Source of the DNA: Candidatus Bathyarchaeota archaeon RBG_16_48_13
GTDB taxonomy: Archaea; Thermoproteota; Bathyarchaeia; RBG-16-48-13
Assembly (NCBI GenBank): GCA_001775995.1
Contig: MEZH01000007.1
Coordinates: 110,971-174,970, forward strand
Direction of reading: 5' to 3'
Length of the DNA stretch: 64,000 bases
Shown here: positions 9,123-18,661 of the stretch, piece after piece
How the letters are laid out: every line of letters begins with the position of its first letter
Numbering within the stretch: position 1 is the stretch's first letter
The notes under the pieces: generated by a model
What the model was told of the DNA's origin: nothing
Databases searched by the model: none
What the model saw: the letters and a program-made list of their open reading frames with translations, nothing else
Translations under genes and position numbers: made by a program

Positions 9123-11120
9123 TTAAGGTTGATAGAGTATGTTTCCAGTGTTGTCGGTGGGTGAGAGCCCTCTCACATTTTTCAAGGCTTCTTTGAAATC
9201 CTCGGATCTGAGTGTATCCAGAAAAGCTTTCACCGAATTCTTACTCATTCGATCTTTTCTCACGACAAAGTCGTAATTCTCCTGTAGAAGAGGAATAAAA
9301 TCCAGATGATACTGTTCCGCCACGGTCTCTATTCCAAGGCCTACGTCGGCTTTGCCACGCAATATTGCCACAGCCACAGCAGCATGAGATTTTGTTTCAA
9401 TGGAGTAGCCGTTCACAGACGAAGTGAGTTGTTCAAGTGAGAGACCCTGTTGAGAGGCTATTCTGTTCAAGTGAAAATCCAGAAGAATTCTTGTGCCAGA
9501 CCCCGCATTCCTGTTGATCAGGGTGATGTCGTGCCTCAAAAGATCCATGAAACTAGTTATTTTGCGAGGGTTATTTCTGGCCACGATCAGACCTTGCTGA
9601 CGGTTGTAGCCTCTTATTAGAACCGCTTTGTCGTCAACTTCAAAGCGCTTAAGGAATGGCAAATTGTATTCTCCCTTTCCCTCATCCAATAGATGGATGC
9701 CCGACACATCGGCCTCACCTCTTCTTATGGCAGACAAGCCACTGGAGGAACCTGTATTCATTGTCTTGTACAAGATATTGGGGGAGTTTTTCGAGAGGAG
9801 GTTCAGCAGTAAATCGACGCCAACACAGTGACTGCCAATTATCATGAGATCGGCAGGCTTGAGGGTTTCGCTGAAGAGATTCACCTTCACCGTCTCGCCT
9901 TCCTTAAGAAAGCGCCTATTCTCGGGTATCTCAATGAACCCATCAGCCTCGGCCAAGGTTGTTATGGCTCCTGACCCAGTTAGCACCGGATATATCATGT
10001 AGCCTTCTTCATCACACCTGACGATGTTCACTGGAAGATATTCACGTCTTCCTTCAGAAGGATAGATTTTCTGGGCGGTCTTTGCATCAATAATTCTTCT
10101 TCTTTCTTCGGCCATTAGACCAGCCATAGCTCTGATGGTCGGTCTTACAAATATGTCGAAAATCATGAGGGCCGAAGTGGGGTTTCCTGGCAGACCGAAG
10201 AATGGCTTGCCTTTGACCACCCCTATGATGGTGGGTTTGCCAGGCCTCACGGAGACACCATGGACAAGAATCCCCGGTTTTCCGAGCTTGTCCAGTACTT
10301 GATACACCAAGTCACCAATGCCTGCTGAGGTACCACCTGAGGCTATTACGATATCCGCGATTTTGAAACCTTCTCTAATTTTTAGGGTGATATCATCTAG
10401 AGTGTCCCTAGCGATTCCCAGAAATAGTGGTTTGCCGCCGCTTTCGGTCACTGAATCTGATACTGAACGGGCATTGATATCAAAAATCTTTGCATCATCA
10501 AGCTTTTTTCCGGGGGCTATGAGCTCATTACCTGAAGAGAGAATGGCCACTCTGGGCTTCATATAGCAGTCTATGATGGGAATGCCCAAGGCAGCCAGAA
10601 TCCCTGTCTCTCGAGGAGTCAGGAGTGTGCCTTTTCTTAAAATAAGCTCTCCCGCCCTTATGTCTGAACCAGCGGCAATTACGTTCTCGCCAGGACCGAC
10701 AGGGCGGTAGATATTCAACACATCACCCTCTGAATCGGTATACTCGACCATGACCACGGCATTGGCGCCTCTTGGAACCGGAGCCCCAGTTGATATCTCT
10801 ATGGCTTTGCCTCGTTCGACTGAGAGCTTTGTATTCTCACCGACAAATGCTTTTCCGATAATCTTCAATATTGCAGGTTCATCTTCTTCCGCCATGAAAG
10901 TGTCTTCGGCATAGACTGCATATCCATCCATCGTAGCTTTGTCAAAGGGAGGAACATCAATTTTCGCTTCGACATCCTGAGCAAGAACTCGGTTATGAGC
11001 ACATTCAAGAGGCACGATCTCTGTGCCGACTTGAGCGGGAGGGCAGTGCGCGTATAAAAGGCTCTTGGCTGCCTCGACCGTCAGGAGCGTTCTAAAGACT
11101 TTTTGACCCAACTTCGTCAC
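9123..11120 (-). CDS. moeA: Molybdopterin molybdenumtransferase MoeA fused to a PBP-like C-terminal domain
   Basis: PPFDKATMDGYAV, SSGNEL, SGGTSAG, GLPGNPTS, then GSHCVG..GSSSGL..RNAGSGTR PBP-like domain. Confidence 0.93.
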   Translation of the reverse strand: MTKLGQKVFRTLLTVEAAKSLLYAHCPPAQVGTEIVPLECAHNRVLAQDVEAKIDVPPFDKATMDGYAVYAEDTFMAEEDEPAILKIIGKAFVGENTKLSVERGKAIEISTGAPVPRGANAVVMVEYTDSEGDVLNIYRPVGPGENVIAAGSDIRAGELILRKGTLLTPRETGILAALGIPIIDCYMKPRVAILSSGNELIAPGKKLDDAKIFDINARSVSDSVTESGGKPLFLGIARDTLDDITLKIREGFKIADIVIASGGTSAGIGDLVYQVLDKLGKPGILVHGVSVRPGKPTIIGVVKGKPFFGLPGNPTSALMIFDIFVRPTIRAMAGLMAEERRRIIDAKTAQKIYPSEGRREYLPVNIVRCDEEGYMIYPVLTGSGAITTLAEADGFIEIPENRRFLKEGETVKVNLFSETLKPADLMIIGSHCVGVDLLLNLLSKNSPNILYKTMNTGSSSGLSAIRRGEADVSGIHLLDEGKGEYNLPFLKRFEVDDKAVLIRGYNRQQGLIVARNNPRKITSFMDLLRHDITLINRNAGSGTRILLDFHLNRIASQQGLSLEQLTSSVNGYSIETKSHAAVAVAILRGKADVGLGIETVAEQYHLDFIPLLQENYDFVVRKDRMSKNSVKAFLDTLRSEDFKEALKNVRGLSPTDNTGNILYQP

Positions 11121-12381
11121 CCCAAATGCCCCTCAGAATCACTATGTCTACCTCTTCTCCCCGTTCAAATCCTTCTCTATCCTCAGGAATCACTAATAGA
11201 CCGTTGGCTTTGGTTACCGAAGAGAGAATTCCCGCCCCCGCTATCCTTACAGGCTCAGCCAGATATGAGCCACCTGATTTTTTGACAAAAACCCGAACAT
11301 AGTTCCTCATGCCAATTGTTGATGGCACTCTACGAGTGAGACTAGCCCGAATGGTGAGATTTCTAATGCTTTCATCTAATCCGAGCATTCTTCCTATGAT
11401 TCTCCTCACGAAAACGAAGAAGGATATGAAGGCAGCAGCCGGGTTTCCTGGCAACAAAACAACGGGTTTACCGTTAACGGCTGCCAATGCAGTGGGTGAG
11501 CCGGGCTTCATCGAGATCCCATGAACTATGATTCCGGGTTTTCCCATGGATTTCACGACATTAGGTAAATAGTCTTTGGAACCAACTGAGGTTGCTCCTG
11601 TGGTTATGATCATATCTGCTACCCTGCAACCTTGTTCTAATCTTGATCGTATTTCGCCAGGGTCGTCTCTGGCTATTCCCAACATTATGGGATCTGCTCC
11701 CGCCTCCTTTACAGCGGACGAGATAGAATATTTGTTTGAATCAATGATTTTTCCTCGGGGTATATCTTCAGTTGGCTCTACAAGTTCGTTTCCAGTGGAA
11801 AGCACAGCGATTCTAGGTTTTCTCGCGACCATGACCTTCCGTCTGCCGACGGATGCAATGATCCCTATATCTTGGGAACGTAATACAAGTCCTCTCGCCA
11901 AAACTTTCTCGTCTTTCTTAATATCCTCGCCACGCTTCGAGGCATTTCTCCATGGGGTAACAGCGTTGACAGCTTCAATCTTGTCGGCGGATATTTCGTT
12001 CGTGTACTCTAGCATGACAACGGAGTTGGTTCCCTCCGGCAGTGGAGCTCCTGTGAATATTCTTGCTGCCTCAAAATTGTTGACTCTCACTGAAGGAACT
12101 TGCCCCATTTCAGAGGAACCAACAACATCAAAGACCACAGGGTTCGAAGGCGATGCACCATAAGTGTTCTCAGCCTTGAGCGCAAACCCGTCCACAGCTG
12201 CTCTGTCAAAAGGCGGAACGTCAACGGGGGCATATACATCCTCAGATAGGACACGCCCCAAGCTATCCAGTATTGGGATCGATTCTTCTCCCAATTGCCT
12301 GATAGAAACCTCCTTGAAGAAATTGTCGAGTGCCTCATCCACACTCATATATTGTGTGAAGACCTTGGCTTTGGCGTCCAT
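11092..12381 (-). CDS. moeA: Molybdopterin molybdenumtransferase MoeA (second paralog)
   Basis: PPFDRAAVDGFA, STGNEL, MKPGSPT, LPGNPAA. Confidence 0.93.
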   Translation of the reverse strand: MDAKAKVFTQYMSVDEALDNFFKEVSIRQLGEESIPILDSLGRVLSEDVYAPVDVPPFDRAAVDGFALKAENTYGASPSNPVVFDVVGSSEMGQVPSVRVNNFEAARIFTGAPLPEGTNSVVMLEYTNEISADKIEAVNAVTPWRNASKRGEDIKKDEKVLARGLVLRSQDIGIIASVGRRKVMVARKPRIAVLSTGNELVEPTEDIPRGKIIDSNKYSISSAVKEAGADPIMLGIARDDPGEIRSRLEQGCRVADMIITTGATSVGSKDYLPNVVKSMGKPGIIVHGISMKPGSPTALAAVNGKPVVLLPGNPAAAFISFFVFVRRIIGRMLGLDESIRNLTIRASLTRRVPSTIGMRNYVRVFVKKSGGSYLAEPVRIAGAGILSSVTKANGLLVIPEDREGFERGEEVDIVILRGIWGDEVGSKSL

Positions 12382-12488
12382 TATCTATGACCTCTCAGAG
12401 TGGTTTAGCAACAAACAACCCGAAGAAGACCCTAACTATGAAATCTTATTTAGGGATTACCTCATTATATCTCGTTGAGTCGGGCTAT

Positions 12489-12899
12489 ATGTTCAAGAAT
12501 ATCCTGATCCCTGTCGATGGTTCCAGATACGCTGAGAGAGCCATATTGATTGCGGCGGATTTGTCTGAGAAGTACGGTTCTAAGGTTACTGTCATCCATG
12601 TGGCTGTCAAGAAAGTATATCCTCTCGCCGAGACAGCGGTAGTAATTGACACTGAAAAGGAGGGACGCGAAATCCTGAGGAAAAGTGAGGAACAGGCCAA
12701 AGCCCTGCACATGAGTGCGGACTATATGCTCGTTGTCGGCAACCCCGCCGACGAAATTTTGAAGAAGGCGATAGAGATCAAAGCAGATCTCATAGTAATG
12801 GGCAGTAGAGGTCTAAGCGATATAAGGGCCTTTTTCTTGGGGAGCGTTTCTAAGAAGATAAGCCAGAACGCAGAATGCCCAGTATTAATTGTCAAGTAA
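12489..12899 (+). CDS. Universal stress protein (UspA family)
   Basis: MFKNILIPVDGS, MGSRGLS..LGSVS; start moved to ATG 12489. Confidence 0.92.
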   Translation: MFKNILIPVDGSRYAERAILIAADLSEKYGSKVTVIHVAVKKVYPLAETAVVIDTEKEGREILRKSEEQAKALHMSADYMLVVGNPADEILKKAIEIKADLIVMGSRGLSDIRAFFLGSVSKKISQNAECPVLIVK

Positions 12900-12906
12900 A
12901 CTAGGG

Positions 12907-13419
12907 TCAGACTTCCTCAAAGCTCCGATTAGTCAATCCCCTTAGTGCAGGTAATTCGGAAATGAACGTGGCTGAAGAAACCATAAGAATGGAAAATGCT
13001 AACTGACTAGTATCAATATCCAAACGCAGGAACTTGAAGAATATCCAGATCATAGAGAACCCTGTGACTCCCGCAAACAAGCCAAGGAGAAGAGCCCTAA
13101 AGAGGTAGAGCACGAAAAGGAATCTTCTAGACGCACCCAGTTCTGTGAAAAGGGCAGCTTCCTTGTGAACTTCTTTCCGTGCAGAGAGTTTGAATGTCAC
13201 GAGTGCCAAGAACGAAACAAAAATCACAAAGACAGTAACCCATGCGTTGGAAAGGTTCAGGGAATTCTCCAATTGGGGAGAAGCTAGGCTTTCCGAATCT
13301 AGAATGGAATCAACTGAGAGCAAAACTAGAATCAAGAGAGACACCACAGAGGTCAGGCCAACATATTCTACAATAAATCTCCTCTTTCGACCAAACACGA
13401 TTTTTGGGGAAGTGACCAA
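12907..13419 (-). CDS. Small membrane protein resembling a stand-alone FtsX/MacB-type permease C-terminal domain
   Basis: About four hydrophobic segments; ELGASRRFLFVLYLFRALLLG resembles the FtsX-like LGA motif. Confidence 0.5.
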   Translation of the reverse strand: MVTSPKIVFGRKRRFIVEYVGLTSVVSLLILVLLSVDSILDSESLASPQLENSLNLSNAWVTVFVIFVSFLALVTFKLSARKEVHKEAALFTELGASRRFLFVLYLFRALLLGLFAGVTGFSMIWIFFKFLRLDIDTSQLAFSILMVSSATFISELPALRGLTNRSFEEV

Positions 13420-13558
13420 GCTCGTGATTTAGATCCCTTCACACTTTTCTCAAAGATATCTCAACAGGGATTCTTCAGCAAGAATAGGCGATATAGAAAG
13501 ATTAAAGTTGAGACTAATAACATCTACCATTCCAAACAATCCAGAAAGGTTCACTCTG

Positions 13559-14266
13559 ATGGAGATAATGGCGATAGTCACAGATGTGGATGGGACAATA
13601 ACCGATGCTAGATCACGCCTGGAACTGAATGCGGTGAAAGAGATACGGCACCTTGAATCGATGAAGTACCAAGTAATAATCTCAAGTGGACGAACTTTTT
13701 GTCAGATAGCAGCTCTCAGCATCTATCTTGGAACCTCAGGGGTATTGATCTGTGAGAATGGAGGAGTAGTCGGTTTCAAAAATGGAGATATTAGGACCAT
13801 TGGTAAGAGGGAGAACGCTGAAGCAGGTTTAAAGATTCTGAGAGAAAAGCTAGGAGACCTGATCGAGATTAAGGGATTCCGTTCAATGTATCGAATCATC
13901 GATATACCTTTAGAGCGCAACTTCCCTGCCGAGGTCGGAAACATGATTCTACGTGAACAACAAGTTCCTGCCCACATCCTCGACAGCGGAGTAGCTTTAC
14001 ACCTGATAGATAGAAGAGTCAATAAGGGCAGAGGACTCAGAAAGGCCTGCCAGATGATCAAACTGAAGCCAGCCAACGTTGCAACCATTGGAGACAACCT
14101 AAACGACGTTGATATGTTCAAGATAGCTGGATATAGCATAGCGCTTGGCAACGCCCCAGAGGAGGCAAAAAGAAGCTCAAACTATGCCTGTAAAGCTGAA
14201 TATGGGAAGGGATTCCGAGAAGGCATAGCGCACCTATTCAAGGAAGGTATTCTGAAAAAGATTTGA
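13559..14266 (+). CDS. HAD phosphatase, archaeal phosphoglycolate phosphatase-like
   Basis: DVDGT, SSGR, ENGG, NKGRGL, GDNLND. Confidence 0.88.
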   Translation: MEIMAIVTDVDGTITDARSRLELNAVKEIRHLESMKYQVIISSGRTFCQIAALSIYLGTSGVLICENGGVVGFKNGDIRTIGKRENAEAGLKILREKLGDLIEIKGFRSMYRIIDIPLERNFPAEVGNMILREQQVPAHILDSGVALHLIDRRVNKGRGLRKACQMIKLKPANVATIGDNLNDVDMFKIAGYSIALGNAPEEAKRSSNYACKAEYGKGFREGIAHLFKEGILKKI

Positions 14267-14371
14267 TCGGACAATTGCCTTGCTCCCTTCACACGACCGC
14301 GGGGATTTGCATCAGCGTTTTTGCCGAAGTCATTATGATTTGCCAGAAGGCAATGTTGCAGTGCTAGAATA

Positions 14372-15073
14372 TCAGACGCCCTTCCGAGAGGTAACAGCCC
14401 GTGTCATGTCAAGTAACACTATTCTTGGATCCTTAGCTTTTACCAAGCCACTTGCTAAAAGCACACCCTCCGAGCCGAGTCTGAGGGCGGCGGCTACATC
14501 TTCTCCTGAAGTTATCCCAGCGCCACATAGAATGTGGACGCTTTCATTAACGCTCTTGGCAGTCTTGATGGTTCCACTCACCAGTTGGGGCTGAGCCTTT
14601 GAAACCGCGATGCCCGTTCCGATGAGTTGCGGAGGTTCTATTGATATTATCTCCGGCCCGAGGGCGGCCAGCGCAGCGCTGACTGATTCACTGTTCGCGC
14701 ATGCCACGGTCGTCAAGCCAAGCTCTTTAGATATGCGGATGGCTTCTGCTATTTCCGAAATCTTGAGCTGTCTTTCTGAGTGATTTATCAGAGTGCCTGT
14801 AGCCCCAGCCTCCTTGATGGCATCTGGGAGGACGCTTCCTGTGAATCCCCCAAAGGAAATCGGATCGACGTGTTGAGCAAAAATTGGAAGGGTTACCTCT
14901 TCAGCAAGTAATCTGATATCGCAGAATTGCGGGGCTAGGGACACGCAGACGCCTGTCTCGTTATGCACTTCCTCCGCGATCTTTGCGAGTCGTAGAGCAT
15001 TACTTCCAGTAGCTTCGCGATATGCTTTGAAGTTCACCAATATTAATGGATATTTGATTTTTTGGGAGTTCAT
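14372..15073 (-). CDS. tpiA: Triosephosphate isomerase (archaeal type)
   Basis: VNFKAY, NHSER, IEPPQLIGTG, LLASGLVKA. Confidence 0.96.
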   Translation of the reverse strand: MNSQKIKYPLILVNFKAYREATGSNALRLAKIAEEVHNETGVCVSLAPQFCDIRLLAEEVTLPIFAQHVDPISFGGFTGSVLPDAIKEAGATGTLINHSERQLKISEIAEAIRISKELGLTTVACANSESVSAALAALGPEIISIEPPQLIGTGIAVSKAQPQLVSGTIKTAKSVNESVHILCGAGITSGEDVAAALRLGSEGVLLASGLVKAKDPRIVLLDMTRAVTSRKGV

Positions 15074-16167
15074 GACTTGACAAAACGGCCCTTCAGTTTT
15101 TCCAATACTTGAGGCATGGTGGTATACTCCATCTCATCGGGGGGCAACCTGTGCGGCATGAAGGGACCGTGTCTCCTCATATAATCCGCGATTTCGCTGG
15201 CTTTCCGTCTAGTCTCGTCGTAAGCGCGATCGTCAAACATATCCGCCGGTCCGATGAGCTCACCGTCACATAGCTGGAAGCCGAGGGCTACAACTCTTGG
15301 AGGACCATCAAACCTAGTGCATTTAGCATCCTTAACAGAAACTGGCATAATCGGTCCAACATGGCTCCCTCTCATCCAGCCGGCCACCAAATGCGGGAAA
15401 GCGAAAGGCTCCAAAGCTTCTCCAGCAGCGGGAAGACCGTGTTGTACTCGCACGATAGCGACTGGATCATCCTTTCCCACATATTTCCCAGCTATGAGCG
15501 ATAGCCGTTGAGTACTTGCAACGGCGCCGAGAAGGTTGTCAATGTGCCTGTGGATAGATCTTATGACGTATTTGTGCTGTGTTCCTATCAGTGCCAAGAG
15601 GTCGTAGATCTCGGAAGGAGCATGAAGGCGGACCGTGGAACCTTCTTCCACATCCAAGACCTCAAAGTCGAAGCCTCCGTGAAGACTAGGATCAATGATC
15701 AGACCGGCTGTGCAGAATGGATCGGCGAAAATCCGGTATAGCGGAAAATTCCAAGCACCTGGCTCTGTTTTGTCTGCTGCAAAGACTATAAGAGGTTCGC
15801 TTGGTCTTTCCTCGATTTCCATCTCAGCTACACCTGGGCCAAGTCCCTTGACATTTCCAGAGAATGAGTCGGTTAGAAGATCCTGACCAGCTGCGTACAG
15901 ATGCATTTTTTTTGATAGGATAGCAACGTCTTTGAACGTGTCCCACGCAAGTTTATGTATTTCACGGTTGTCTATTCCCTTCCCATGAGTTAGTACCATA
16001 TTTATGTCGTCGCCGCAATTGAAAACATAGAAGTCAGTTATCTGTCCATCTTTCTTGGCTTTGTCCAGCAATTCTTTAGTCAGATCCAATTGCTTTGGGT
16101 GTACAACATGATGACCCGCCAATGATCCCACATCAGCTTTGATAACGCTTAACGAGGTTTTGGCCAA
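15070..16167 (-). CDS. fbp: Bifunctional fructose-1,6-bisphosphate aldolase/phosphatase
   Basis: SVIKADVGS, GDDI, ADKTEPGAWN, GKDDP, GWMRGSH, YTTMP. Confidence 0.96.
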   Translation of the reverse strand: MAKTSLSVIKADVGSLAGHHVVHPKQLDLTKELLDKAKKDGQITDFYVFNCGDDINMVLTHGKGIDNREIHKLAWDTFKDVAILSKKMHLYAAGQDLLTDSFSGNVKGLGPGVAEMEIEERPSEPLIVFAADKTEPGAWNFPLYRIFADPFCTAGLIIDPSLHGGFDFEVLDVEEGSTVRLHAPSEIYDLLALIGTQHKYVIRSIHRHIDNLLGAVASTQRLSLIAGKYVGKDDPVAIVRVQHGLPAAGEALEPFAFPHLVAGWMRGSHVGPIMPVSVKDAKCTRFDGPPRVVALGFQLCDGELIGPADMFDDRAYDETRRKASEIADYMRRHGPFMPHRLPPDEMEYTTMPQVLEKLKGRFVKS

Positions 16168-16327
16168 ATCTTCTCCTCCATTGGTCTTTGTATATTTCGT
16201 TCAGTCTATACAAGTGTTTCGCATATTGATTCGAAAATTCAAGTCTATTCTGAAAAAGATCAGAGAGCAAAGTCCATGTTGACACATATAAACGGGTTCT
16301 GCTAATATCAATAGATGGGTGAAAAAA

Positions 16328-16585
16328 ATGGCAAGTAGGGCTAAACCGAAAGCGAGTTTCCATAAACGCATGGCTGATGGAAATTATCTTGGAATTGCGG
16401 TTTGGCCCGGCAAAACTGAACCGGAAGCTGAGGTCATAGCCATCCAAGTTCGCAGCTTTTACGACGGAAAATGGGAGACATTGGAAAGGATGGCGATCTA
16501 CCGAAATCCTAAGGGGACTTACTCCGCTCTGCCCGAAAGAAGGGAACCCAAAGGGCTGGAAACTCCTGCACCTGAATCGGAATAA
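16328..16585 (+). CDS. Small hypothetical protein
   Basis: GGGTGA SD before ATG 16328; fills the gap between fbp and RLI; protein-like composition. Confidence 0.7.
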   Translation: MASRAKPKASFHKRMADGNYLGIAVWPGKTEPEAEVIAIQVRSFYDGKWETLERMAIYRNPKGTYSALPERREPKGLETPAPESE

Positions 16586-16597
16586 TGCAATCAGTTC

Positions 16598-18406
16598 TTA
16601 GGAGCTTTCACCATCGCCCACGGACGAATAATAGTATTCGCCGATGGACTTCTGCCATGAGTCAAGCTTGCTTCCAGACTTGTTGACCCTCGGTCGGCCA
16701 TTTTGAGGATCTCTTCTGAAGGTTATTCCCAAGTCTTCTAAGAAGATGTTCATGCCTTCTCTCAGATTCATAGGAGAGTTAGCGTGACCCTCAACACCAG
16801 AGTCCCCCGAGAATACCATCACTTTGTCAGAAACATAGTCTGCAACTATAACGTCATGTTCGACCAAGAAGGCTACTGCACCGCGGCTCTCCACGACCCG
16901 TCTCACAACCTTAGCCATCGAGAGCCTTTCTTCGGCATCAAGATAAGCAGATCCTTCATCTATTAGGTAGATTTGAGCCTTTTTCGATAGGCAGGCAGCT
17001 ATCAGGGTTTTCTGAAGCTCGCCGCCAGAGAGCTGCGAGAGAAGATGATCGAAAAGCTTGTTCAACTTTAGAGGCTGAGCTATCTCCGTATTGTAATGAC
17101 TAGAGCTAAAGTCATCTCCAGCTGCGTCTCTCAAGAGTTGTTCGACCGTCGCACGTCTTTCTATTGCCAAATATTGCGGCTTGTGACTTACAACTAGGTT
17201 CTCTTGAACAGGCGCTGTCCCTACGTCGGGTTTATCGAGACCTGCGAGAAGCTTAATGAAAGTTGTCTTTCCTATCCCATTCGGACCGAGAACGCCGATG
17301 ATCTCCCCATCATGTACTTCTCCAGGTGAAATATCGAGTCTGAATCCTTCGAATACCTTCTCCATATGATTCCATCGTAAGAAAATATTCGAGGATTTTA
17401 CCTGGGGTATAGATGGACTTGCGTGGAAAACGATGGGCTCAGAACGAAATCTTACATTGTCATCAGGCAGATAACCGTCCAGATATATATTGATACCCAC
17501 TCGAACGCCATGGGGCTTGGAAATGATTCCATATACTCCTGGTTCACCGTAGAGAACACATATTTGATCAGAAAGGTAGTCGAGTATAGCGAGGTCATGT
17601 TCGGCAACGAAGACGATCTTTCCGTAATCGGCAAGATTTCGTATCTCCTTGGCAACATTGAGACGCTCTCTTATGTCAAGATAGCTGCTGGGCTCATCAA
17701 AGAGATAAACGTCCCCTTCTCTACAGAGTGTAGCCGCAACGGCTACCAGCTGCCTCTCTCCCCCGCTCAAGACATCTATGGTTCTATCCCAGAGTTTTTC
17801 CAGACTAAACTGCCTCGATAGATATTCGAATTTCTTCCTTTCGTCGATCTTACTTAGGAGACCCTTGACCTTGCCAGAAACAACCCTATCGATTTTGTCG
17901 ATGTACTGAGGTTTGTGAATTACTTTAAGGCGTTTTTTGCTCAAATTTTCGAAATATTCTTGGAGGATAGATCCGCGATAGAACCTTATTATTTGAGACC
18001 AGTCGGGGGGGGAAAGATAATCACCTAGATTCGGCTTCAACTCTCCAGAAAGGATTTTGAAGGACGTAGTCTTACCTATTCCATTCTTCCCGAGCAGTCC
18101 CGTGACAGCACCGTGCATGGGCGTCGGTAGACGGAAGAGCTTGAAGGTATTTGGTCCGAACCTGTGGCTGCAATCAGCTTCCAATTCGTTAGGAAGATTG
18201 ATTATGGATATGGCCTTAAAGGGACATTTCCTGATGCATATGCCACAACCAGAGCACAAGCTTTCCACTATTGTTGGGTTCTGCTGCCCTTTATCAAACT
18301 TAATAGCCTCTATTTTACTTCGCACCTTGGGACAGTATTTGTAGCAAACCAAGCCACAGTCTTTGGACCGGCATCTATCTTGATCGAGTACTGCGATTCT
18401 GACCAT
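16598..18406 (-). CDS. rli: Ribosome recycling ATPase ABCE1/RLI
   Basis: N-terminal Fe-S motifs (CRSKDCGLVC..CP; CSGCGICIRKCP) and two ABC domains (GKNGIGKT, GPNGIGKT). Confidence 0.97.
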   Translation of the reverse strand: MVRIAVLDQDRCRSKDCGLVCYKYCPKVRSKIEAIKFDKGQQNPTIVESLCSGCGICIRKCPFKAISIINLPNELEADCSHRFGPNTFKLFRLPTPMHGAVTGLLGKNGIGKTTSFKILSGELKPNLGDYLSPPDWSQIIRFYRGSILQEYFENLSKKRLKVIHKPQYIDKIDRVVSGKVKGLLSKIDERKKFEYLSRQFSLEKLWDRTIDVLSGGERQLVAVAATLCREGDVYLFDEPSSYLDIRERLNVAKEIRNLADYGKIVFVAEHDLAILDYLSDQICVLYGEPGVYGIISKPHGVRVGINIYLDGYLPDDNVRFRSEPIVFHASPSIPQVKSSNIFLRWNHMEKVFEGFRLDISPGEVHDGEIIGVLGPNGIGKTTFIKLLAGLDKPDVGTAPVQENLVVSHKPQYLAIERRATVEQLLRDAAGDDFSSSHYNTEIAQPLKLNKLFDHLLSQLSGGELQKTLIAACLSKKAQIYLIDEGSAYLDAEERLSMAKVVRRVVESRGAVAFLVEHDVIVADYVSDKVMVFSGDSGVEGHANSPMNLREGMNIFLEDLGITFRRDPQNGRPRVNKSGSKLDSWQKSIGEYYYSSVGDGESS

Positions 18407-18516
18407 TTGGTGTCTCTCAATTCAAAAGGATGGATGTACCTATAATTCGAAAGGGCTCTTCAAGAAATGCTTTTTCATAGGATTATCAAAAATAGGACGA
18501 GTTCAGTCTGGATAGG

Positions 18517-18585
18517 TCATTCTTCATCATCGGTGTTCTCGTCGTCGCCCCAGTCCTCGTCGTCGCCCCAGTTCTCGTCTTCCAT
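18517..18585 (-). CDS. Putative 22-aa acidic micropeptide MEDENWGDDEDWGDDENTDDEE
   Basis: ATG preceded by GGGAGGT at 8-nt spacing, TGA stop; below the ORF-track size cutoff. Confidence 0.6.
   Translation of the reverse strand: MEDENWGDDEDWGDDENTDDEE
18538..18572. repeat. 18-bp-period tandem repeat (CTCGTCGTCGCCCCAGT x2)
   Basis: Identical 17-mers at 18538-18554 and 18556-18572; they encode WGDDE twice on the minus strand. Confidence 0.9.
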
Positions 18586-18661
18586 AAGATAATACCTCCC
18601 TCGAGCTCAAGCGAAGAGAACTTAAAGCCCCTTGCCTTTAAGTTTTATGCATACACAAAAA

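Noticed and set aside
18538-18572. Direct repeat as a mini-CRISPR
   Set aside because: Two copies separated by 1 nt, no spacers or cas genes; explained by the WGDDE coding repeat.
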